Assembly: GCA_964448115.1 (NCBI GenBank)
Contig: CAYUVA010000016.1
Location: 62,001 to 83,790 of the forward strand
From: an uncultured bacterium
GTDB lineage: Bacteria; CAYUVA01
Length of the DNA stretch: 21,790 nucleotides
Reading direction: 5' to 3'
Numbering within the stretch: the stretch's first letter is position 1; each line of letters opens with the position of its first letter. Of the stretch, positions 1 through 8,659 are shown piece by piece. The notes under the pieces are model-generated. The model saw only the letters and a program-made list of their open reading frames with translations. It did no database searches and was not told the DNA's origin. Both the position numbers and the translations under genes were made by a program.

Positions 1-123
1 GATGATCATCAGGCGTTATGGGGAATAATTTGCAGGAATTGGTGCTTATCATATACGAATTTTTAATCGAATCCCCGATATACGAGGCTTTAAAGCCAAT
101 TATCGCGGAGCCGAAAAAAGTAC

Positions 124-152
124 TTGACAAGCGAAATAAGATGTATTATATT
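124..152 (+). promoter_or_regulatory. sigma70-type promoter upstream of rho
   Basis: TTGACA at 124-129, 17-bp spacer, TATATT at 147-152, A-tract just upstream; predicted TSS ~159. Confidence 0.8.
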
Positions 153-471
153 ACATTTACTACTTCTGGGAAGTCCTCCTAGATTAAGAATGTTCAATGA
201 GCATATCAAGCTAGATGACTGATCTTCCATAAGACTCAAAGAAGAATGAAGACAATCTAAAGAAGCTGCGATTGAGAATGGATTGCGTTATATTATGCGA
301 CAGATGTACACATTTCAGAGCATAGGAAATCTCATTGAATGCCTTAAGGAAACGACTTTCCAAAAGACGGGGATTTGATAAGTAACCTTGAATGAGGAAT
401 AGAGAATCAATCTTTTTCATAAGATAGAAAATAATAACCACATAACACCTATATAAAGGAGTAACCTGAGA

Positions 472-1719
472 ATGAACCTAGCAGAGCTAAAGAGGAAGAC
501 CATGACGGAACTGAACCAGATAGCAAAGGAGGCTAATCTGCAGAATGTTTCCAATCTACGCAAACAGGAGTTGATCTACCGCATACTTGAGACTCGCGCT
601 CAGAATAACGGCAATATCTTCAACGAGGGAACGCTTGAGATATTATCAGAGGGATTCGGATTCCTTCGAAGCTCCAATTACAACTATCTACCCGGGCCGG
701 GAGATGTCTATGTATCTCCTTCGCAGATTCGCAAGTTCAATCTGCGCACCGGTGATACCATTAGTGGAGAGATCCGTCCCCCAAAGGATAACGAGAGATA
801 CTTCGCCCTGCTGAAAGTCGAATCGATAAACTTCGAGAGTCCCAATAGCAACAAAGATAAGATACTATTCGATAACCTGACCCCGCTTTATCCCATGGAG
901 AAGATCCACCTGGAGTATGATCCGGCTGATATATCAACCAGAGTTATGGATCTGCTAACCCCCATAGGCAAGGGGCAGCGCGCTCTGATCGTGGCTCCAC
1001 CTAGAACTGGCAAGACCATGATCCTACAATCTATCGCTAATGCTATCACCACTAATCACCCAGAGATATTCCTCATTGTGCTGCTTATCGATGAGCGCCC
1101 AGAGGAGGTTACCGACATGGAGAGATCGGTAAAGGGTGAGGTGATAAGCTCCACCTTCGATGAACCGGCTACCAGGCATGTCCAGGTCGCTGATATGGTC
1201 ATCGAGAAGGCAAAGCGACTGGTCGAACACAAAAAAGATGTAGTCATCCTCCTCGACAGCATAACCAGGCTGGCGCGCGCTCACAACACGGTAGTTCCAC
1301 CGAGCGGAAAAGTGCTCTCCGGTGGCGTCGATTCAAATGCCTTGCATCGACCCAAGCGATTCTTCGGCTCAGCACGCAATATCGAGGAGGGGGGTAGTCT
1401 GACCATAATAGCAACCGCCCTTATCGAGACCGGATCCAGGATGGATGATGTAATCTTCGAGGAATTCAAGGGAACTGGAAACCTCGAGCTGCACCTCGAC
1501 AGGAGACTGGTGGATCGTCGTGTATTCCCAGCTATTGATCTGCTTCGCTCTGGAACCCGCAAGGAAGAGCTGCTGTTGCCACCTGATGTGCTGAATCGAG
1601 TATGGATACTGCGAAAGGTGCTTAATCAGATGAACCCGGTCGAGGCAATGGAGCTAATCGTTGATAGGATCGGCAGAACTAAGGCTAACCAGGACTTTCT
1701 CAACTCCATGAACCAGTAA
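472..1719 (+). CDS. rho: Transcription termination factor Rho
   Basis: 415 aa. N-terminal LRKQELI helix, RNP-like GFGFLR and [18 protein letters not shown], Walker [49 protein letters not shown] upstream. Confidence 0.99.
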   Translation: MNLAELKRKTMTELNQIAKEANLQNVSNLRKQELIYRILETRAQNNGNIFNEGTLEILSEGFGFLRSSNYNYLPGPGDVYVSPSQIRKFNLRTGDTISGEIRPPKDNERYFALLKVESINFESPNSNKDKILFDNLTPLYPMEKIHLEYDPADISTRVMDLLTPIGKGQRALIVAPPRTGKTMILQSIANAITTNHPEIFLIVLLIDERPEEVTDMERSVKGEVISSTFDEPATRHVQVADMVIEKAKRLVEHKKDVVILLDSITRLARAHNTVVPPSGKVLSGGVDSNALHRPKRFFGSARNIEEGGSLTIIATALIETGSRMDDVIFEEFKGTGNLELHLDRRLVDRRVFPAIDLLRSGTRKEELLLPPDVLNRVWILRKVLNQMNPVEAMELIVDRIGRTKANQDFLNSMNQ

Positions 1720-1854
1720 TTACACACCGTGTTGCATGGTTTTACTATAATACCGGGAACCAAAGTTTCTATGCTTCTATTTTTTAGGATAATAGGATCG
1801 TCTAGTGTCTTGAGTTGAAATATATTAAACTAAAAATGAATCCGGAGGTGCTCA

Positions 1855-4227
1855 GTGAAATCAGGTAGATCTAATCGAATGTTTGCTTCGTTATTCATTC
1901 TTATTTTTGTTAGTGGCAGTTGCTTTGCTGATCTTTTTTCTCCCAAGAATGCAGCACAGTTCACATTGGTAAGAAATGCCAACCAATATAAAGGATGGGA
2001 CCAGGCTGTACTCGGAGGCCCGGTCGAGCTTAAGGATTCTAATCAGAGAACAATAGGATACCTATACCCAGTAATAAATGAGGAAATCGAAGTCGGTTAT
2101 ATCAGCGTAGGCGCATCGATCGAGTTTCCACCCGTTTACGAGTTCTCGGAAGATAGGACTCCCATTTCAAAGCTGAGAGACTCTGGTCTTGAACAAAGAG
2201 CTATCCAAGTCCTGGGTAGAGCCGAGGGGTGGGATCTTCTGTACTTCGGCGGGCTTGATTACTATGTGGCATTCTATGGCAATCAAAATAGGGTTGTCTT
2301 TAGCATCAATCGTCGCATAGAGGTCAGGGATGATCATCTTTTTTACAAGCAAGCTTTCCTTGATGATCGCTTGGCTAATACAGTTTTGGAAAACAAGAAT
2401 TTATGGTCCTGGATGAATGGTGCTGATGCAACTGATATCAAGGATAAGGCAGTATATCGGGTTCCGGGTCGAGAGGCATATATTTGGTATCGCGGGTGCG
2501 GACCTACCTCGTGTACTATGCTGCTAAATGTCTTTTATAATCAGGATCCCACTTACTTTGCAGACCTTCACATAAACGAGCATACTTTTAACTGGTACGG
2601 ACCCAATGGCTGGACAACGGTATTTATCGATCAGGGGCTGTGCGATCTCATCGCAAATTATTGCGGGGTCCCAACCCAGGGGGGATCTATGGAGCAGTAT
2701 GGTGTAACCATATACCAGATGCGGGATTCTACCAGAGATGTTGCTGCAAACAGGGGCTACAGCTTCACGGTTGGCATCCGCAGCTCTGATCCTGATTATA
2801 ATTATTACAAGACAGAGATAGATCAGAACGATCCGGTTGCATTCGGTATTTACAGTGATGGAAGCGGCAGTGGATACGATAGCCATGCCATCTTAGGCTA
2901 CGGATATAATTATGATGGGCCCCAGCGTTTCGCCTTGGTTTTCGATACCTGGGGAACTGGGGAGCATGCCTGGGCTATGAACGCATCAGGGAACGACTAT
3001 GACTTCATATATGTAGAGCCTCCCGGCGGGAGTGCAACAAGTACGCCGACAAGAACTCCCACCCAGGGAGCGACCAGCACCCCGACTCCTACCCAGCCAA
3101 CTTTTACGCCAACCCCTACCCAGGGAAGCGGAACCGTACTCAGTTGGAGCGGTGGAGACCCTGACGGGGACATGGTCAGGTATGATATCTACCTCGGTAT
3201 TACGAGTAATCCGCAACTGGTGGCAGACAATGTTCTAAATTCTTACTATAATCCGGGAGTTATGCAGGAAAATACGACCTATTACTGGAAGATAGTCGCC
3301 AAGGATGATTCAACGCAGACAATCGGTCCCTTGTGGAGATTTACTACTGGCTACCGGGAGCAGCCGACCAATACTCCGACCAGGACAGCTACACCGGGTC
3401 CGGGAACTCCAACTGATACTCCTACTAACACGCCTACTAGAACCAACACTCCAGGACCGGGCACCCCAACCGATACGCCCACCAGGACTCCAACAGCAAA
3501 TCCCTCTCACTCGCCCACCCCAACTGGCACTATAGTGCAGAACCACCCACCGGTAGTCCTTTGTGCTGGATATTGGGACACATTCTTGACCTGGGAAAAT
3601 GGTGGAATGGTCGATATTATAGCAGTTTGCTCAGATCCAGACTACCACTCGGTGAATAATGTTGAAATATTCTACCAGGGCATTCCGACCGGTGTTTTCA
3701 TACCTGCCTGGCCGCATCAGAGGGATGTATTTTGGCTCCAGGATGTCCCTGTCGAGGCCGGTTTCACTCCTCAGACCATTCTTGCAGAACTGGTACCAGA
3801 GGATGTAATGGTTACCGAGGGATATGCCTGGCCATACCTGCATGTGCCCAATACCTCAAGCCAAGAAGCTCAGCAAGCTGCCAGCGATACATCGGATCAA
3901 CCAGCAGAATCGACATCATTTATGCTCCAGCGCAAAAATATATTTGCCAAAGTTGTTGATCGGATTATAGGCATATTCCGTCCGGTTGTTTTGCAGCCGA
4001 CATCTTCAGGGCAAGCTAAAGATGTATCCTGGCTGGAGAAGCTAATAGTCCCTGAGCGAGGATTAAAGACAGGCGATGGACCCTGGGAGAAAGGGGACTC
4101 CATCAGTGGAATCTCGACAATGATATACTCAGCGGTTGACACAAATCAAAAGGCATACAATCAGCCGCCTTACGAGCCATCGAATCCGAATCCACCCGAT
4201 GGTGCAACTGGTGTAGATCCCAACTAG
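1855..4227 (+). CDS. Secreted papain-fold cysteine peptidase (C39-like/C10-like) with prodomain, Pro/Thr linkers, split FN3-like domain and GYWDT domain
   Basis: GTG start after SD GGAGGTG; signal peptide (~aa1-25). Spi-inhibitor-like prodomain (GYISVGAS..PPVYEFS). Putative triad C215 (WYRGCGPTS), H344 (SHAILGYGY), D364 (FDTWG). FN3-like body aa427-498; GYWDT domain aa563-664. Confidence 0.8.
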   Translation: MKSGRSNRMFASLFILIFVSGSCFADLFSPKNAAQFTLVRNANQYKGWDQAVLGGPVELKDSNQRTIGYLYPVINEEIEVGYISVGASIEFPPVYEFSEDRTPISKLRDSGLEQRAIQVLGRAEGWDLLYFGGLDYYVAFYGNQNRVVFSINRRIEVRDDHLFYKQAFLDDRLANTVLENKNLWSWMNGADATDIKDKAVYRVPGREAYIWYRGCGPTSCTMLLNVFYNQDPTYFADLHINEHTFNWYGPNGWTTVFIDQGLCDLIANYCGVPTQGGSMEQYGVTIYQMRDSTRDVAANRGYSFTVGIRSSDPDYNYYKTEIDQNDPVAFGIYSDGSGSGYDSHAILGYGYNYDGPQRFALVFDTWGTGEHAWAMNASGNDYDFIYVEPPGGSATSTPTRTPTQGATSTPTPTQPTFTPTPTQGSGTVLSWSGGDPDGDMVRYDIYLGITSNPQLVADNVLNSYYNPGVMQENTTYYWKIVAKDDSTQTIGPLWRFTTGYREQPTNTPTRTATPGPGTPTDTPTNTPTRTNTPGPGTPTDTPTRTPTANPSHSPTPTGTIVQNHPPVVLCAGYWDTFLTWENGGMVDIIAVCSDPDYHSVNNVEIFYQGIPTGVFIPAWPHQRDVFWLQDVPVEAGFTPQTILAELVPEDVMVTEGYAWPYLHVPNTSSQEAQQAASDTSDQPAESTSFMLQRKNIFAKVVDRIIGIFRPVVLQPTSSGQAKDVSWLEKLIVPERGLKTGDGPWEKGDSISGISTMIYSAVDTNQKAYNQPPYEPSNPNPPDGATGVDPN
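3364..3477 (+). repeat. Tandem 57-bp (19-aa) repeat x2, PTNTPTRT[A/N]TPGPGTPTDT
   Basis: Units 3364-3420 and 3421-3477: 18/19 aa identical, third codon positions mostly different. Confidence 0.9.
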
Positions 4228-4250
4228 GGTAGTGTCCTACCCTTTCATTT
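4226..4250 (+). terminator. Probable intrinsic terminator overlapping the peptidase stop codon
   Basis: AGGGTAG-tgtc-CTACCCT hairpin (4226-4243) followed by TTCATTT. Confidence 0.6.
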
Positions 4251-4366
4251 CCCTTTGGCTTGCCGCTGCCGTAATCGTATATATCCTCAAGCACAGCCTG
4301 GATGGGTTTGGATTGATCGTTAATGTTCTTGCCATTTCTTACTTCTTTTGAGATATTAACATCTTC

Positions 4367-4414
4367 GTGTTATTCTTAATGTTGTATGGAGAGTGCAACA
4401 TTGCTTGATAACAC
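4367..4414 (+). promoter_or_regulatory. Imperfect inverted repeat/stem-loop upstream of the solute-binding protein gene
   Basis: GTGTTAT(4367-4373)/ATAACAC(4408-4414) encloses AATGTTG(4378-4384)/CAACATT(4396-4402); GGAGA loop. Confidence 0.5.
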
Positions 4415-4436
4415 ACAATAAAATAAAGAGCCGATC

Positions 4437-5444
4437 ATGATGAGAAAGATCATTCAAATACTATTAGTCTTTTCTATCATTTTCTGGTTATCTGGGTGTA
4501 AAAAATCGGCCAACCAGAATGTAGTCAATATCTATGCTGGCGTTCTACCTGACGAGGTGCCAATCTATGTAAACCCGTTTATCGAACAAACTGGTATCAA
4601 GGTCAACTATGTAAGGCTTTCGGCAGGTGAGGCATTGGCACGCCTCAAATCTGAGGCAAAGAATCCTCAAGCCACGGTCTGGTATGGAGGGACTATTAAC
4701 GAGTTCATAGTGGCAAAGAACGAGGGATTATTGACACCATATAAATCTCCGAATGCAGAGATATTACGACCCGCCTTCAAGGACGCTGATGGATATTGGA
4801 CCGCCTTTTACTTCGGTGCCCTCGGGTTCGCGGTCAATCCCGACTTCATTAAGCGCACAAAAGCCCCTATTCCTGAGTCCTGGCAGGATCTGCTCAAGGA
4901 TGACTACAAGGGAGAGATCACCTTTGCCTACCCATACTCAAGCGGCACCGCTTATACATTGCTATTTACACTGGTTACCTTGATGGGAGAAGATGAGGCA
5001 TTTTCTTATATGAAGGAGCTGGATGAGAATGTTCATCACTACAATCGCTCAGGTACCGCGGCAGCCAACCAGGTCGGTCTAGGCGAGATGGGCATCGGCA
5101 TCGCATTTTCTCAGGATATCCTGCGCACCAAGACTAAAGGATACGATATCATCCTCTCCTTCCCCAAGGAGGGCACCGGATACGAGATAGGCGGTGTGGC
5201 TTTGGTAGCAGGTGCTCCCAATCAAGACCTAGGCAAAAGGTTCATCGACTATGTGCTCAGTCCCCAACACCAGGACCTATTCGCCAAGAGCGGATCATAT
5301 CGAGTCGCCCTGCATCCCCAAGCCAAGATACCCGAAGAATATGTTACCGCTGATGAGGTTGACCTTATTGACCTCAACTTCACCATCGCTGCCAGGCAGA
5401 AAGATCGCCTGGTCAGGCGCTGGCAAAGAGAGATCATGCGCTAG
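4437..5444 (+). CDS. ABC transporter substrate-binding lipoprotein (Fe3+/sugar-phosphate/2-AEP-type, AfuA/FbpA-like)
   Basis: Lipobox LSGC; TGIKVNYVRLSAGEALARL, PESWQDLL, SSGTAY, FPKEGTGYEIGGVALV motifs of this SBP family. Confidence 0.9.
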   Translation: MMRKIIQILLVFSIIFWLSGCKKSANQNVVNIYAGVLPDEVPIYVNPFIEQTGIKVNYVRLSAGEALARLKSEAKNPQATVWYGGTINEFIVAKNEGLLTPYKSPNAEILRPAFKDADGYWTAFYFGALGFAVNPDFIKRTKAPIPESWQDLLKDDYKGEITFAYPYSSGTAYTLLFTLVTLMGEDEAFSYMKELDENVHHYNRSGTAAANQVGLGEMGIGIAFSQDILRTKTKGYDIILSFPKEGTGYEIGGVALVAGAPNQDLGKRFIDYVLSPQHQDLFAKSGSYRVALHPQAKIPEEYVTADEVDLIDLNFTIAARQKDRLVRRWQREIMR

Positions 5445-5483
5445 GTTCATCTCGGAACCATATAGAACAAAGCTTTCCAGGAA

Positions 5484-7400
5484 ATGAAATCGATCATAGT
5501 TGGGACTGCTGGTCATATCGATCACGGCAAGACCGAGCTGGTTAAAGCTTTGACAGGCATAGACACCGACCGGCTTATCGAGGAAAAAGAGCGCGGCATC
5601 ACCATCGATATTGGCTTTGCTTACCTTTACCCAAGGGATGACCTGGAGATAGGAATCATAGATGTCCCCGGGCACGAGCGCTTTGTCGGAAACATGTTAG
5701 CTGGTGCTTTTGGAATGGATCTTGTCATCCTGGTCATCGCTGCTGACGAGGGCGTGATGCCACAAACAAAAGAACACTTGGCTATTTGCAGCTATCTTGG
5801 AGTAGAAGATCTTATTGTCGCTATCACCAAGATAGATATGGTTGATAAAGAGCTTGTCGAGCTTGCAATCGAGGAAGCAGAGGAATCTTTATCAGCAACC
5901 CGCTTCAAAGCTGCTCCGATAATACCTGTCTCCAGTGTTACCCATGAGGGAATCGATAAGTTGCTTGACCAGGTCATGACAAGGGCATCAGCGATCAGTA
6001 ATCGCACCTTTAATGAACCATTTCGCCTTCCAATAGACCGGGTCTTTACCCTCAAGGGCTTCGGTGTAATTGTTACTGGCACCTTGGCAAACGGCAGCCT
6101 TTCAAAAGGAGACCAGGTGCTGATCCTGCCAGTAAACATCCAGACCACCATTCGCAACCTACAGGTACATGGTAAGGATGTAGCCACAGCTTATGCGGGC
6201 GAACGCACCGCCTGCAACCTGCGCGGGGTGAATAAAGAGCAGGTAGCTCGCGGTCATGTAATTGTTCAGCCTAACGCTGATTACAGCGAGACTAGACTGC
6301 TCGATGCTCGCATATCCCTTTTGAACGATGCTTCTTATGAGATCCGCCATCAGCAACGAATTCGAGTTCATCTTTGGACTAGCGAGGTCATGGCAAGAGT
6401 TTATCTTATGGATAATAAAAACCTTAAAAGAGGTGAGACTAGTTACGCGCAGCTTAAACTAGAGAGACCTGTTGTGGCAAGATTCAATGATCCTATCATC
6501 ATCCGCAGCTACTCGCCGGTAACAACTATTGGTGGCGGAGTTATACTCGATAATCATCCAAGACCCTTTAGGCGAAGCGATAAGATGCGCCCCAAGCTGC
6601 TTCACCAACTATGCGAAGGCTCAGGTAAAGAAAAAATTTCTGCTGCCGTGGAGCTGGCTGGAAACTCTGGAATAGAACTAAAAGCTCTTAGTCAAAACAT
6701 TAGAATTGAGTATAACAACGCACTCGCGGTTGCACATGAGCTGGTAAAAGATGGAGCACTTGCGGTTATAAGAGGTGATCAGGATCTGCTTCTATCGCGA
6801 GCTGCTATAGACCGCCTGAAGAAAAGGCTAAAGGATTATCTTGGCAAGTTCCACCAGCGTTTCCCCACCCGTCGCGGCATACAAAGAAACGAGCTGCTTC
6901 AATCTTTTGGGAAAAATGTTAGACCATTTATTCTCGATTACCTGCTAACGGAGTTGATAGAAGGCGGCGAGATTAACAAGGATAATGACTATCTCAAGCT
7001 GCCTGGTTTCAAGATAAACATATCTCCTAGGTTGCAAGAAAATATGAAAAAATTGGAGCAAGAACTTTACAATGCGGGGATAGATCTATTGACCATGAAA
7101 CAATTAACATCAATGTTCGATACCCCAACCGACTTCAAGGAGGCAGCGCATCTTCTTTTAGAAAAAGGTAATATCGTGAAATTAAGCTCCGAGTATTACA
7201 TACATGCAAAACATTATAATGCAGCTAAGGACAAGATCATCAATTACTTGCAGCAACGCAAGAAAGCTAATGTTGGCAGCATTCGCGATATGCTCGGTGG
7301 AGCGCGCAAGGCAACCATTCCCTTATTGGAATACCTTGACAAGGTTGGGATAACGGTTCGCCAGGGCAACGAAAGGACCTTAAAGGAACATATTGATTAA
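5484..7400 (+). CDS. selB: Selenocysteine-specific elongation factor SelB
   Basis: 638 aa. [47 protein letters not shown]-terminal winged-helix region ending [12 protein letters not shown]. Confidence 0.97.
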   Translation: MKSIIVGTAGHIDHGKTELVKALTGIDTDRLIEEKERGITIDIGFAYLYPRDDLEIGIIDVPGHERFVGNMLAGAFGMDLVILVIAADEGVMPQTKEHLAICSYLGVEDLIVAITKIDMVDKELVELAIEEAEESLSATRFKAAPIIPVSSVTHEGIDKLLDQVMTRASAISNRTFNEPFRLPIDRVFTLKGFGVIVTGTLANGSLSKGDQVLILPVNIQTTIRNLQVHGKDVATAYAGERTACNLRGVNKEQVARGHVIVQPNADYSETRLLDARISLLNDASYEIRHQQRIRVHLWTSEVMARVYLMDNKNLKRGETSYAQLKLERPVVARFNDPIIIRSYSPVTTIGGGVILDNHPRPFRRSDKMRPKLLHQLCEGSGKEKISAAVELAGNSGIELKALSQNIRIEYNNALAVAHELVKDGALAVIRGDQDLLLSRAAIDRLKKRLKDYLGKFHQRFPTRRGIQRNELLQSFGKNVRPFILDYLLTELIEGGEINKDNDYLKLPGFKINISPRLQENMKKLEQELYNAGIDLLTMKQLTSMFDTPTDFKEAAHLLLEKGNIVKLSSEYYIHAKHYNAAKDKIINYLQQRKKANVGSIRDMLGGARKATIPLLEYLDKVGITVRQGNERTLKEHID

Positions 7401-7481
7401 GACCTTGTTTGAATTATGTAAAGATTTTGACTATGCTAATAGCTAGGCAAATATTTTGATATAATCAAGGAGTGAAACAAG

Positions 7482-8552
7482 ATGCCCTTGATCTCACGGG
7501 AAGCCCCCCAGAATGTTGCTGTGGTGCTCAACCCAAATGCGCGGAAGGTCTCCAAGGTGGTATTCGAGTCAGTTACCAGATACCTCCCCAAGGCACATGT
7601 ATTCTACTCCAACACCTTTGAGGAGGCTCGCAATGCGATCAAGGAGATAGTGGAGAAGAGATACGAGCTGGTACTCTGCGGCGGCGGGGATGGTACTATT
7701 GTTAACCTTATCACCCAGCTTCGTAATCGAGTTTTACAGTTAAACCAAAACTTGAGAAAATCATCTTTATCCTCCGCTAATATCAAGAATTATTCCTTAC
7801 CAAAGATCGGGGTTATGCCCCTTGGCACCGGTAATGGGCTAGCCGGCTTGACCAATAGCCCTAGAGGTATAAAAACCTTGGAGAAGCTAGCTCAAGGCGG
7901 CGAATTCAAGACCAGAGAGCTTGGCTTCGTGGAGACCGATGGCAAGATGGCGCCATTCGCCGGGGTCGGTTGGGATGCGGAGATATTAAACGATTATATC
8001 GAGTTCAAGGAAAGATTTAAGGATCATCCGATATTAAAATATGTTAGCAAAGGATTGATAGGCTATCTTTTAGCCGTATTTGGAATTGCAATCCCAAGAA
8101 TACTTCCCCAGCAGGATAAGGTAACCGTAAGGATCACAAATCTTGGAAACAAGGTCTATTTTATAAACGAGGATCGAAAACCTGTTCCTGTCCAGATCGA
8201 ACCTGGGGAGCTTTTATACCAGGGTCCCGCAAATGTCGTACTTGCTAGCACTGTACCCTATTATGGATTTAAGCTGAAGATCTTCCCCTATGTAAACAGC
8301 GTTCCCAACACTTTCCAGCTTCGAATAGCAAAAGTTCGGGTCATGGATGGTTTGCTAAATATAATCCCTATTTGGCTAGGCACTTTCCAACACGAGAAGA
8401 TCATCGACTATATGGTTGAAAGTATAGAGGCAGAGTTCTCCAGGGAGATGCCCTTCCAGGTAGGTGGTGATGCGGAAGGTAGGAGAAAGAAGATACGAAT
8501 CTCCTTTGGAGAGCAGAAGGTTTATATTATCGATTTCACCGAAGATCAGTAG
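7482..8552 (+). CDS. Diacylglycerol kinase catalytic-domain family lipid kinase (YegS/DagK/SphK-like)
   Basis: LNPNA, GGDGT, PLGTGNGLA, GVGWDA, FQVGGD motifs; SD AAGGAG. Confidence 0.9.
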   Translation: MPLISREAPQNVAVVLNPNARKVSKVVFESVTRYLPKAHVFYSNTFEEARNAIKEIVEKRYELVLCGGGDGTIVNLITQLRNRVLQLNQNLRKSSLSSANIKNYSLPKIGVMPLGTGNGLAGLTNSPRGIKTLEKLAQGGEFKTRELGFVETDGKMAPFAGVGWDAEILNDYIEFKERFKDHPILKYVSKGLIGYLLAVFGIAIPRILPQQDKVTVRITNLGNKVYFINEDRKPVPVQIEPGELLYQGPANVVLASTVPYYGFKLKIFPYVNSVPNTFQLRIAKVRVMDGLLNIIPIWLGTFQHEKIIDYMVESIEAEFSREMPFQVGGDAEGRRKKIRISFGEQKVYIIDFTEDQ

Positions 8553-8659
8553 AGATTATATCAATCTCTTCCAGGCATCTTACAATAGATAACTAATTGT
8601 CTTTATTCTTTATTAGTTGAAACCTTATGCCTAATGATATTATATATAAGTAATATCGT

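Noticed and set aside
1-52. - strand frame starting MISTNSCKLFPITPDDH and running off the window
   Set aside because: Too short to judge and no well-spaced SD; could be a divergent gene start but cannot be supported.
190-378. Frame interrupted by TGA codons in the rho leader, considered as a selenoprotein
   Set aside because: No redox motif, SECIS-like hairpin or recognisable homology.
211-441. 76-aa - strand ORF in the rho leader
   Set aside because: No recognisable motif or SD; lies antisense to the predicted rho transcript.
1746-1751. Perfect TATAAT upstream of the peptidase gene
   Set aside because: No -35 at 16-18 bp and no TG extension; plausible but unsupported.
3125-4230. DNA excision/circularisation or intein-like splicing to rejoin the split FN3 domain
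   Set aside because: No direct repeats at the two junctions, no recombinase in the window and no Hint-domain motifs.
7456-7468. TTGAT-ATA-ATCAA palindrome resembling an FNR box and overlapping an extended -10
   Set aside because: Spacer is 3 nt rather than 4, it abuts the SD, and the context is AT-rich.
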